Of a stretch of 64,000 nucleotides of DNA, positions 38,077-50,064 are shown in pieces (position 1 is the stretch's first letter; each line of letters starts with the position of its first letter). Below the pieces are notes generated by a model. The model worked only from the letters and a program-made list of their open reading frames with translations. It had not been told where the DNA came from and ran no database searches. The position numbers were made by a program, and so were the translations under genes. The stretch comes from Mustelus asterias (lineage: Eukaryota). Location: positions 68,324,001 through 68,388,000 of the forward strand of contig NC_135823.1 in the NCBI RefSeq assembly GCF_964213995.1, written 5' to 3'.

Positions 38077-38653
38077 TGATTTGATTTGATTTATTATTGT
38101 CACATGCATTAACATACAGTGAAAAGTATTGTTTCTTGCGCGCTATACAGACAAAGCATACTGTTCATAGAGAAGGAAATGAGAGAGTGCAGAATGTAGT
38201 GTCACAGTCATAGCTAGAGGGTAGAGAAAGATCAACTTAATTCAAGGTAGGTCCATTCAAAAGTCTGACAGCAGCAGGGAAGAAGCTTTTCTTGAGTCAG
38301 TTCGTACCTCAGACTTTTGTATCTTTTTCCCGACGGAAGAAGGTGGAAGAGAGAATATCCGGGGTGCGTGGGGTTCTTAATTATGCTGGCTGCTTTGCCG
38401 AGGCAGCGGGAAGTGTAGACAGAGTCAATGGACGGGAGGCTGGTTTGCGTGATGGATTGGGCTACGTTCACAACCCTGGCGGTCTTGGGCAGAGCAGCAG
38501 CTATTCCAAGCTGTGATACAACCAGAAAGAATGCTTTCTATGGCACATCTGTAAAGGTTGGTGAGAGTTGTAGCTGATATGCCAAATTTCCTTCGTCTTC
38601 TGAGAAAGTAGAGGTGTTGGTGGGCTTTCTTAACTATAGTGTCGGCATGGGGG
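38077..38653 (-). mobile_element. Rex1/Babar LINE 3' fragment
   Basis: AQSITQTSLPSIDSVYTSRCLGKAASIIKNPTHPG. Confidence 0.85.
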
Positions 38654-38999
38654 TTTAATTACTTAAGCATCCCAGATCTTCAATACTTGTAACTTGGAAT
38701 AGATGCTGCTGAGGAAACACTTACACGTGAAGTGTTTGCAGTTTTCATGCAGTTCAGGTTGTTTAACAGCCTGAATATTAGACAACAATTATATCCGAGC
38801 CTGTGAATTCCAATTTGTGGCAAAGAAATATCAATCTTCAAAAATTAGCCTAAACTGCAAGAAAAGAATTGAGAGAGATATTGGTGAGCATGAGTCAACA
38901 CTAATTCCTTGTAAAACACTTCCTATGGTACACAGAAATCCAAAAGCAACATAATGCAGATGCTGGAAATACTCAGCAGGTCAGGCAGCATCATGGGGT

Positions 39000-39310
39000 T
39001 ATTCCCCATCCCTAATTGCCCTTGAACTCAGTGTCTTGCTCGGCCATTTCAGTGTTCAGTTGAGTTAACCACATTGCTGTGGCTCTGGAGTCACATGTAG
39101 GCCAGACCAGGAAAGGACAGCAGATTTTCCCTCCCTCAAGGGCAATGGGTTTTTGCAACAATCAACGATCGTTGTCAAGGTCACCGTTACTCATACAAGC
39201 TTTATATTCCAGCTTTTATTAAGCAAATTGAAATTCCAACAGCTGCCATGGAAGGATTTGAATCCTTGTCCCCAGAGCATTAGCCTGGCTTCTGGGTTAC
39301 CACTGCTCCA
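39000..39310 (-). mobile_element. SINE family B (diverged)
   Basis: accacattgctgtggctctggagtcacatgtaggccagaccagg. Confidence 0.7.
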
Positions 39311-40373
39311 CTAGCTTCTTATAGTAATGGGCCTGTTAATGAAAATACATTTCACAGGGAATAAAGAACTAGCAGCCTCATTCGTCACCGACAGAACGGA
39401 ATAGAGTGCCTTGCAAGTAGGGTCCCACCCCCAACTTAGGCCAATCACAGTTAATGGCAGTTAGAAGGTGCAATAACATAGACCATAAACTGGACTGCAA
39501 AGTAAGGCAGCTCATAGCCTAGTGACTGATTGTAATTATTCTGACACTTGAATGTGCAGGGAGACAATCTAAATAGAATGCAATCATCTGCATTAGAAAC
39601 ACCAGTTGTCAAATACCTGGGTACAAACAACACTAGGTCCTATAGTCGACTTGGGTTCACACAACAGTAGGCACTAAGAGTACTCAGACTTCCAAGCCTT
39701 AATTACTTGTGCACAAGTGAGAACACAATACAGCGCAAAGCATTGCAAGGCGTTCTGTCGATTCATACAGAAAATGTAACAGTTATAGTTCACCGCATCT
39801 TGCTCTTTGGAATTTTGTTACTGAAAGGGTCTTATTTGCATCCTGTGGCCAAGGCTGGGAACACAGTGTTTATGAAACTAACACAAGGTTTAGATTAGTT
39901 GCTTATCCTGAGTATGCATGCGCTGGCCTCACTGAAGGCCTTGTTTGCTAATTAGCATTTTCCATTACTTGACAGAGTTGTTTGTCATAACTTAATTTCC
40001 ACAATTGTTGTAACTTAATAGCTGGAATTACAACTTAATTTCTACACAGTGCGCATTGCAGCCAACAATTCATCCCCAGAAAATTCAATTTACCAGAGGG
40101 CCTATCTCAAAACGTAGTTGGCTGATCCTTCCTCCTTCTCCCTCTTCTGGTGAGGAGACCTCATCACTTGTTTTAGTCAAAATAATATATATAGCGGATG
40201 TATTTTGTTTTACTTCCAGTGCCCCAGCAGGAATTCTCAACCCCTCTCTCATCTGCACTGAATTTATTGATCATTTGTTTAATTGAGAATAGTACACCCA
40301 ACTGAACACTTTCATTTCTCCCAAATAAGACAGAGGTCAATGAGTTTATCATGATGTCACCCCCAGAGCTAAA

Positions 40374-40501
40374 GGGGCGAATTTTCCCGTTCCGCCCGCC
40401 ACGGGAATCGGAGCGGGCGAGGGGCGGAGCATGGAAAGGTCCATAGACCTCGAATGGGATTTTCCGGTTTCGGGGCTAAACGCAGCCGGAAAATCCCACC
40501 C
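40374..40501. mobile_element. MITE (Harbinger-like)
   Basis: TIRs ggggcgaattttccc / cggaaaatcccaccc; homologous to 16115-16231. Confidence 0.65.
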
Positions 40502-40907
40502 AATATGTCTGACTGATTCTTAACTTATTCTTAATAATTCCCCTCTGGAAAGAATGAACATGCTGGGAGATTGCAGGATTTTGGTTGGCATTCAAATATC
40601 TTTTAAATTATTTTACAAGCTTTTACTTTTCCTCCTGCCAACTGGTCGAACAGAACCCTTTCTCACAAAGTTTTTTGATGTGACTTCACAGGAACAAAGA
40701 CGAAATGAACACAAACCGTGATGCAGGGTTTACTGCAGCAAGCCCCTATTCGATTCCTGTTGGATAACGACTTCAATTCTTCCTTGTAATTTTGTACTCG
40801 AACCATGGACAATATGGACTTGCCTGGTCAGCATTCAATGAGCAATCTCTCAATTGCCTGGCAACGTAGTTTAAGCTTGTATAAATGTTCAGAAAGAAAA
40901 TATATAA

Positions 40908-41098
40908 GGGCAGGACAGTGGTTAGCACTGCTGCCTCACAGCACCTGGGACCGGGGGTTCGATTCCCGGCTCGGGTCACTGTCTGTGCGGAGTCTGCACG
41001 TTCTCCCTGGTCTGCGTGAGTTTCCTCCGAGTGCTCCGGTTTCCTCCCACAGTCCAAAAGACTTGCTGGTTAGGTGCACAGGCCATGCTAAATTCTCC
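40908..41098 (+). mobile_element. V-SINE truncated at a DNA-transposon end
   Basis: The SINE stops at gctaaattctcc, directly before gggcctgattttacc. Confidence 0.8.
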
Positions 41099-41487
41099 GG
41101 GCCTGATTTTACCAAAACTTTGCGCCTGTTTTTGGGCGCGAAATCGCGGTAAAGTTGGGCGTGGGCCTTTTACGCGATCTGCACCCGAATCCAAGCAGAT
41201 CGTGGCTTTACCGACACCCAATTCGGGCGCGGATCTGGCCCGCGCCCGAATCGGGCGGCCCGACGATTTAAATGCATTTGCATGCATTTAAATCGACTTA
41301 ATGAACCGCACGCCCAACTCCCACTTTACCGTCTTCTGGCCCGATCCGTGTCTGCGCTGTAATCGACCTGCCGAATAAAAGTCCAAAGTCGCCGCTGGAG
41401 GGGGGGGGAGAGAGAGAGAGAGAGAGAGGGGATGTGACCGTTCATCCCTGGAGGTTGGAGGGGAGGGGGTGTGATGTCTTATCCTCT

Positions 41488-41518
<31 letters not shown>

Positions 41519-41740
41519 CGGTGAGGGGGTGGGGGTGTGATGTCTTATCCTATGGGGGGGGGGAGTGGGGGGGTGTGACCGATCATCCCGGGGGGGAGGA
41601 GGGCGGGGGTGGTGTGATGTCTCATCCTCTGGGGTGGGGGGGCGGTGGGAGAGGAGGGGGTGTGACATATCATCCTCTGGTCGGGGGGGGGTTCCGCTGC
41701 CTGTCTGCGGCCGATCCCTCTGGAGAAGGACCAAGCTGGG
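41099..41740. mobile_element. CpG-rich Harbinger-like transposon terminus with internal palindromes and a G-rich tandem array
   Basis: TIR-like gggcctgattttacc similar to the MITE TIRs; no matching second TIR seen. Confidence 0.55.
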
Positions 41741-41741
41741 C

Positions 41742-41865
41742 CTGTAAAGGGATACACCATCACTGGTACACTACCAGCCACAGCCATCTCTCCCGCTCTC
41801 TTGTCTCTGCAGGGAAGAGTAATCTGTGGCTGGTAGTGTACCAGTGATGGTGTATCCCTTTACAG
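41742..41865. repeat. Perfect 42-bp inverted repeat with 40-bp spacer
   Basis: 41742-41783 is the exact reverse complement of 41824-41865. Confidence 0.95.
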
Positions 41866-42449
41866 AAGGAACATGTTGGTCAAATGTAGTTAAAGGTGTA
41901 CTTTAAACAAACCTTCGGCCTTGGAAAACAGATACAATTTCTACTTTCTGTTTTCTTACATTTTTCTTTTTCTACTGTCTGAAAATTGGCTGCAATCCAA
42001 CTAAAAATAAAAACAAATTGATTGCAAGTGTCTAACTTTATGTCCTTTGCTATGACTAGATTAATTATTTTTCTTTTTGCGAGCTTATAGCTCCCTGAGA
42101 CAACAACATCTTTCAGGGTACTTGCCACAAGCAGATGGCTTGGAGTGAGATGCCCAGCACCGATGAATATATCATTGATGCATCATTCGAGGTTCACAGC
42201 GCTTCACTATATCCTATCACCTAAAACTAACAATTTGGTCATCAGTAGATGCACTGAAAACAGACGGTTTATTTCAATTTACATTCCAAGCACACCATGG
42301 ATAGAAAGATGAAAAAAAGAATCTGAATGCGTCTGAATTGAAAATTATACAATCGCAATAAGCCTACATTTACGAGTTAAACTGAAAATTGAGATAATTT
42401 TAATGTAAAATTAGAGCTTCTATAACATGTAGTTTAGAATCCATAGCTT

Positions 42450-43460
42450 AGAGTCATAGAGATTTACAGCATGGAAACAGGCCTCTCGGCCCAACCTGTC
42501 CATGCCGCCCTTTTTTTTAAACCCCTAAGCTAGTCCCAATTGACCGCATTTGGTCCATATCCCTCTATACCCATCTTACCCATGTAACTGTCTAAACACT
42601 TTTTAAAAGACAAAATTGTACCCACCTCTACTACGACCTCTGGCAGCTTGTTCCAGACACTCACAATCCTGTGTGTGAAAAAATTGCCCCTCTGGCCACT
42701 TTTGTATCTCTCCCCTCTCACCTTAAACCTATGCCCTCTAGTTTTAGACTCCTACCTTTGGGAAAAGATATTGACTATCTAGCTGATCTATGCCCCTCAT
42801 TATTTTATAGACCTCTATAAGATCACCCCTCAGCCTTCTACGCTCCAGAGAAAAAAGACCCAGTCTATCCAGCCTCTCCTTATAACTTAAACCATCAAGT
42901 CCCGGTAGCATCCTAGTAAATCTTTTCTGCACTCTTTCTAGTTTAATAATATCCTTTCTATAACAGGGTGACCAGAACTGTACACAGTATTCCAAGTGTG
43001 GCCTTACCAATGTCTTGTACAACTTCAACAAGACATCCCAACTCCTGTATTCAATGTTCTGACCGATGAAACCAAGCATGCCAAATGCCTTCTTCACCAC
43101 TCTGTCCACTTGCAACTCTACTTTCAAGGAGCAATGAATCTGTACCCCTAGATCTCTTTGCTCTGTAACTCTCCCCAACGCCATACCATTAACTGAGTAA
43201 GTCCTGCCCTGGTTCAATCGACCAAAATGCATCACCTTGCATTTATCTAAATTAAACCCCATCTGCCATTCGTCAGCCCACTGGCCCAATTGATCAAGAT
43301 CCCATTGCAATCCTAGATAACCTTCTTCACTGTCCACTATGCCACCAATCTTAGTGTCATCTGCAAACTTACTAACCATGCCTCCTATATTCTCATCCAA
43401 ATCATTAATATAAATGACAAATAACAGTGGGCCCAGCACCAATCCCTGAGGTACATGTGC
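42450..43460 (-). mobile_element. CR1 LINE 3' 1 kb with an open RT C-terminal frame
   Basis: ORF 42744..43463: VPQGLVLGPLLFVIYINDLD...KFADDTKIGG...RPHLEYCVQFWSP. Confidence 0.95.
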
Positions 43461-43602
43461 CACATGAGAGATTCAAACCCAAATATAAAGCTTACCCATA
43501 GCCACACAAACGCGATCAGCATAAAATAACGGCTGTGACTAACATTAGAGTTGTTTTCTATTCACAGAATGGTTTTATTTCGTAGCTAGAACTAGCTCTG
43601 CG

Positions 43603-43862
43603 GGAGACAATACACATCTCTTTAACCTGTCTTAATGCTCTCTCCACTCACATTGTTTGTACCTTTAAGACTTGATTAGCTGTAAGTATTCGCACGCCAA
43701 CCATTATTCTGTAAATTGAGTTTGTGTCTTTATATGCCCTGTTTGTGAACAGAATTCCCACTCACCTGAAGAAGGAGCTTAAGGCTCCGAAAGCCTGTGT
43801 GGCTTTTGCTACCAAATAAACCTGTTAGACTTTAACCTGGTGTTGTTAAACTTCTTACTGTG
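43603..43862 (+). mobile_element. PLE family 1 3' terminal region with hammerhead motif (43763-43799)
   Basis: Homologous to 15872-16020; CAC-CTGAAGA-A-GGAGC-TTAAG-GCTCC-GAAA-GCCT-GTG. Confidence 0.8.
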
Positions 43863-44295
43863 GACAATAAATGCAGCAGGGTTTTGCAGGGCCAGCTTCT
43901 CCTGTCCAATTTCTTTCTTAACCCCTTGTGGGGAGGGTAGTTCATTTTGCAATGGCCACATTTGTTGGAGGGCAATTTTACCAAGAGGGTGGAGATATCA
44001 CAATTCAGCCTAGTCCTGTCTCCATCTGACATCCAAATACATGCACCTTCCAGAAGGGGGGACAATTTTTGATGATCAGGTGAAGGATCCTCACCTGATT
44101 TTCTCCACTACCTGGTTCAAAGGCATCAAAAGCCCAACTGCAATGCATATCACTGGCTCGGCTAATACCAGCTAACTTGGCATTAACCAGGGTTTGAATT
44201 TAAGACCTTCTTTACCCATACAGCAATGATATGCCACGGAGTGTAGTCACAATCAGCAGTGGCAGAGCTCTGTAGGGTTGATTTATTTTAATTTA

Positions 44296-45075
44296 GGGCG
44301 GCACAGTAGCAAGCACTGCTGCCTCACAGCGCCAGGGACCTGGGTTTTTGGCATGTCAGCTACGACTCTCACCACCTTTTACAGATGCACCATAGAAAGC
44401 ATTCTTTCTGGTTGTATCACAGCTTGGTATGGCTACTGCTCTGCCCAAGGCTGCAAGGATCTACAAAAACTCTGTCTACACTTCCCGCTGCCTCGGCAAA
44501 GCAGCCAGCATAATTAAGGACCCCACGCACTCTGGCCATTCTCTCTTCCACCTTCTTCCTTCAGGAAAAAGATACAAAAGTCTGAGGTCATGTACCAACC
44601 AACTCAAGAACAGCTTCTTGCTGCTGTTGTCAGACATTTGAATGGACTTACCTTGCACTAAGTTGATCTTTCTCTACACCCTAGCTATGACTGTAACTCT
44701 ACATCCTGCACTCTCTCCTTTCCTTCTCTATGAACGGTATGCTTTGTCTGTATAGTGAGCAAGAAACAATACTTTTCACTGTATGTTAATACATGTGACA
44801 ATAATAAATCAAATCAGATCAAATCAATTCTGGCCTCAGGTGTCTCTCTGTGTGGAGTGTGCGTGGGTTTCCTCAGGTGCTCTGGTTTTCTCCTATAGGA
44901 GGAAACTGGAGCACTCAGAGCGGTTTGGTTGATTGGCCATGCCAAATTACCCCTTAGTATCAGGGGGATTAGCAGGGTAAACGCGTGAGGTTACGGAGAT
45001 AGGGCCTGGGTGGCATTGTTGTTGGTGCAGCTTGAAGAGCTAAAAGGCCTCCTTCTGTACTGTAGAGATTCTATG
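44296..45075 (+). mobile_element. HE1-like V-SINE with nested Rex1 fragment (about 44346-44826)
   Basis: SINE head, then FGMSATTLTTFYRCTIESILSGCITAWYG (Rex1), then the SINE resumes. Confidence 0.8.
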
Positions 45076-45284
45076 AATCTAATTGTGTTTGATGTCAATT
45101 GGAGGAAAAAGGGCATCTCCATTTTTATCAGTGAGGTTTCTTTTAAACAGCGGAACCATGCATTTATCCCAGAGGGGGAAGCAAATACAGTAGGGAACTA
45201 AACATTTTAATACTTGTATAACAACAGAACAGAAATTGCACTAACATTGGTGGCATATCCAGAGATGGGCAGGTTAGGTGGATT

Positions 45285-46160
45285 AGAACATAGAACATTA
45301 CAGCACAGTACAGGCCCTTCGGCCCTCGATGTTGCGCCGACCAGTGAAACCAATCTAAAGCCCCTCTAACCTACACTATTCCAATATCATCCATATGTTT
45401 ATCCAATGACCATTTGAATGCCCTTAATGTTGGCGAGTCCACTACTGCTGCAGGCAGGGCATTCCACGCCCTTACTACTCTCTGAGTAAAGAACCTACCT
45501 CTGACATCTGTCCTATATCTATCACCCCTCAATTTAAAGCTATGTCCCCTCGTGCTAGCTATCACCATCCGAGGAAAAAGGCTCTCACTATCCACCCTAT
45601 CTAATTCTCTGATCATCTTGTATGCCTTTATTAAGTCACCTCTTAACCTTCTTCTCTCTAACGAAAACAACCTCAAGTCCCTCAGCCTTTCCTCATAAGA
45701 CCTTCCCACCATACCAAGCAACATCCTGGTAAATCTCCTCTGCACCCTTTCCAATGCTTCCACATCCTTCCTATAATGCGGCGACCAGAACTGTACACAA
45801 TACTCCAAGTGCGGCCGCACCAGAGTTTTGTACAGCTGCAACATGGCCTCCTGGCTCCGAAACTCAATCCCTCTACCAATAAAAGCTAACACTCAGTACG
45901 TCTTCTTAACAACCCTATCAACCTGGGTGGCAACTTTCAGGGATCTATGCACATAGACACCGAGATCTCTCTGCTCATCCACACTACCAAGTATCTTACC
46001 ATTAGCCCAGTACTCTGTAATCCTGTTACTCCTTCCAAAGTGAATCACCTCACACTTTTCCGCATTGAACTCCATTTGCCATCTCTCAGCCCAGCTCTGC
46101 AGCTTATCAATGTCCCTCTGTAACCTGCAACAACCTTCCGCACTGTCTACAACTCCACCA
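45285..46160 (-). mobile_element. CR1 LINE 3' fragment
   Basis: ORFs 45371..45892 and 45893..46075. Confidence 0.93.
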
Positions 46161-46310
46161 CTTGGCCATGCTAAATTGTCCCTTAGTGTCGGGGGACTGG
46201 CTAGGGTAAATGCATGGGGTTATGGGGATAGGGCCTGGGTGGGGTGGGATTGTGGTCAGTACAGACTTGATAGGCCGAATGGCCACCTTCTGTACTGTAG
46301 GGATTCTATG
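46161..46310 (+). mobile_element. HE1-like SINE 3' half
   Basis: ttggccatgctaaattgtcccttagtgtc...gggattctatg. Confidence 0.8.
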
Positions 46311-47169
46311 TGGATTATTCTGGATTCCTGCAATGTTCTCTTTAAGGGTAAGCAAGACGTAAGCATTTCCTCGGCATATCACTGCATTCTTTCATGGCTA
46401 ACAAACAGAAAGATGACCACAGATCAATGTCCAATCAAAGCTGCATCTTTCACTATTAACTAAATATAGAGATTGGAATTTTAGGTTAAAAAAAGGGACA
46501 TTTATTTAATTTTTTAAAAAATGAATGATGTGTGATGGCAAATAATTCCTTGAATGAGCAAAGTGAATAACGGTGGAGCTTAGTCAACTGACTAGTGGAA
46601 ATATTAATCCTATCATAATCATTTGTTGTTTCAGCTTTATGTATAAAACATTTTTGGCCTTATTATTTCAATGTAGATGACAGCCAGTTTGTAAATTCTG
46701 TATTAAATTCACTGCCATGTTTCAGCCAAAAATACATTTCTTTCAAGTCATGAAACATGGACTCAGTGAGAAGTCTTTAAACTGAAGCTCAATACAAGAT
46801 AACCAGAATATTTACCACCAGCCATGTTACAAACATATGGAAAGCCGTTCTGCTTCCATGTGTCATACAGACAGCCCTGCCACAGGCATTTAATTATGAC
46901 GGTGGTGGAGTCTACCGAATGGAAATGAAGTGATAATTACAAGCTTCAGCCCATTGCTGCAGCCACTGGTAACTTCAAATGGGCTTCACAATACTGATAA
47001 ACTTAATTAATTAAACGTAAAGATAATTGTTAGCTCTCTGAATCACTGACAAAGGGAGTCTCATTTGAGATAGTATGTCCCCTATCGAATATAAGCTTTA
47101 CCAGGCTCAGGAGCAGGGGAAAAGCTTCAGTTTTGTGGGTTAAGTTAATTGAAAGGAAAAGAAAATGAT

Positions 47170-49140
47170 GGAACGAGAGGGCCATTCAGCCCTTTGAGCC
47201 TGGTCTCCCATTCAATCAGATCATGACTGATCTGTATCTCAACCATGTTTACCAGCCTCGGATCCAAATCCTTTCATACCCTTATCTAATAAAAATCTGT
47301 CACACTCAGATTTGAAAATTTCAACCAGTCCAGCAGTGCAGCTTTTTTGATTTGATTTATTATTGTCACATGTATTAACATACAGTGAAAAGTATTGTTT
47401 CTTGTGTGCTATACAAAGCATACCGTTCATAGAGAAGGAAACGAGAGAGTGCAGAATGTAGTGTTACAGTCATAGCTAGGGTGTAGAGAAAGATCAACTT
47501 AATGCAAGGTAAGTCCATTCAAAAGTCTGACAGCAGCAGTGAAGAAGCTGTTCTTGAGTCGGTTGGTACGTGACCTCAGACTTTTGTATCTTTTTCCCAA
47601 AGGAAAAAGGTGGAAGAGAGAATGTCCGGGGTGCGTGGGGTCCTTAATTATGCTGGCTGCTTTGCGAGGCAGCGGGAAGTGTAGACAGAGTCAATGGATG
47701 GGAGGCTGGTTTGATGATGGATTGGGCTACATTCACGACCTTTTGTAGTCCCTTCCAGGGATGGAATTATAGATTTCCACTACTCCGTGAGAAGAAGTGC
47801 TTCTTGATTACATCCCATGGGGGTTTTCATTTTAAGATTGTGCCCTCTTTTGGATTTCACCCCACCCTCCCCCCGCCCCCCACGGAGTAAACAGCTGCTC
47901 TGTCTGCATTTCAAATGCCTCCAATAGATCGGCACGGCACGGAGAACGGCACGGTAGCACAGTGGTTAGCACTGCTGCTTCACAGCTCCAGGGACCTGGA
48001 TTCGAATCCCGGGTCGGGTCACTGTCTGTGTGGAGTTTGCACATTCTCCCTGTGTCTGCATGGGTTTCCTCCGGGTGCTCCGGTTTCCTCCCACAGTCCA
48101 AAGATGTGCGGGCTAGGTTGATTGGCCATTCTAAATTGCCCCTTAGTGTCCCAGGATGCATAGGTTAAAGGGATTAGTAGAGATATGGGGATAGGGCCTG
48201 GGTGGGATTGTGGTTGGTGCAGACTCGATGGGCCGAATGGCCTCTTTCTGCGCTGTAGGATTCTATGAGCTCTATGAGATCACCCTCAACTTTCTAAATG
48301 CAATTTAGAAGCCAGCAGCCTTATTCATAATTTACTCCTTTAAGCCTTAACATCAATTTTGTGAATCTACACTGCGCCATTTCCAACGTCAATCCATCCT
48401 TCCTGAGGTGGGCTGGTCAAAACTGACCCATCTCTAGATTAGGTGTGACCAAGGCTCTGAAGATCTGGAACATCGCTTATTCCCCTTTGTATTCATCCCC
48501 TTATTTGTTTATTAGTGTCACAAGTAGGCTTACACTAACACTGCAATGAAGTTACTGTGAAAATCCCCTAGTCGCCACATTCCGGCGCCTGTTCGGGTAC
48601 ACTGAGGGAGAATTTAGCACGGTCAATGCACCTAACCAGCACAACTTTCAGACTGTGGGAGGAAACCGGAGCACCCAGAGGAAACCCACGCAGACATGGG
48701 GAGAACGTGCAGACTCCACACAGACAGTGACTCAAGCTAGGAATCGAACCCGGGTTCCTGGCGCTGTGAGGCAGCAGTGCTAACCACTGTTTGAGATAAA
48801 GCCAAATATTCCATTAGACATGTTGACTATTCTTGGACCTATGAACTAGGTTTGAGCCCCTCTGCGTCTCCACATTCTTCTCTCACATTATGAAAATATT
48901 CTGGTTTTACTTTCTTGGATCCAAAGCACATGATCTCAGGCTTTCCCACATTGAACATTTATCTGCAATAGTTTTGCCACTGACTCCTGTCTCTGTCCCT
49001 TTGTAACTCCCTATTCCCATTCACACAACCTTCTGTGCCTCCTCGCTTTGTATCCTCTACAAGCCCTGAAACACAGCACTCTGTTCCTCTGCGTGCTACT
49101 TATATACGGTGAAACATCCAGGACGCAGTACAGATTGTAC
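47170..49140 (-). mobile_element. Old CR1 fragment hosting Rex1 (47347-47750, -), HE1 SINE (47930-48278, +) and V-SINE type 2 (48501-48790, -)
   Basis: CR1 tail at 47180; decayed CR1 segments resume between the three inserts. Confidence 0.65.
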
Positions 49141-49276
49141 CAACCAGAGTATATTATCTCTATTTTCTGTGCCCTACTGAAAAAAGTACCAGTTTAACAA
49201 GTCTGGCATCTCATTGTTATCCATTATGCTATCATGTCTCCCTGTCTTTAACGGCCCCTACTGCTTTTCTCCCTTA

Positions 49277-49473
49277 ATTAAAGCGCGGATGGACGGATTA
49301 AAGCGCGGATGGACGGATTCCTGAGCGGTAAGGGAATTAAGGGTTATGGGGATCATGCGGGTAAGTGGTACTGATCCACGTCAGATCAGCCATGATCTTA
49401 TTGAATGGCGGGGCAGGCTCGAGGGGCTAGATGGCCTACTCCTGCTCCTATTTCTTATGTTCTTATGTTCTTA
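49277..49473 (+). mobile_element. CR1 3' tail with a 20-bp tandem duplication at its 5' junction
   Basis: attaaagcgcggatggacgg x2; (ttcttatg)n tail. Confidence 0.75.
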
Positions 49474-49649
49474 ATATAGTTATTAAATGCTTGCAATTAT
49501 CTGAGATATTTCTTGGAAGTTCTGTGTCCACACCCCATGCCCTTTCAAACCAGCAATGCCTTTCTTGGTATCTCTGTTGTTATCGCAGCTCGCCCAGTCT
49601 GCTGTACTTCCATCTTATCGTCTACTTGTTTAAATCTCTTGGTTCTATT

Positions 49650-49750
49650 GGAGCTTTGACAAAGGGTCGTCCGGGCTCGAAACGTCAGTCTTTTCTCTCC
49701 TTACAGATGCTGCCAGACCTGCTGAGATTTTCCAGCATTTTCTCTTTTGC
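49650..49750 (+). mobile_element. PLE family 2 terminus, decayed hammerhead
   Basis: gagctttgacaaagggtcgtccgggctcgaaacgtcag...cagatgctgccagacctgctgag. Confidence 0.65.
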
Positions 49751-50064
49751 TTCTATGCAATGTTGCCTTTTACATAACTTGTTGACCATGGAGTTTTTGC
49801 CTATTGCTCCTACTGTCTATCTGTACATTTACACATGGGTGAGAATTTTATGTGTGACGTGCGCGTACAGCAGGCGGGATCTGAAGCAGCTGCGTTTTCT
49901 GGTTCCGCCCGAGATCGACCACGATATTGCGCTGGCTGAATAGGGTCAGCAAGGCCGGCAGGAGCGCGGCGGGCACCGGGTTCATTGGCGACCCGGCAGG
50001 ATGTTTAAAGGCGGCTGCTGCAGACCACTGAAGACATTCAAGGAAGTAGAGGGAAGTCTGCATC

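Noticed and set aside
42744-43463. 239-aa RT ORF as an active or domesticated gene
   Set aside because: 5'-truncated CR1 lacking the endonuclease and RT N-terminal motifs, with a frameshift near the C-terminus.
43496-43557. Minus-strand peptide NNSNVSHSRYFMLIAFVWLW resembling a GPCR/opsin TM4
   Set aside because: Weak acceptor, wedged between a CR1 and a PLE, and no other GPCR exons found in the window.
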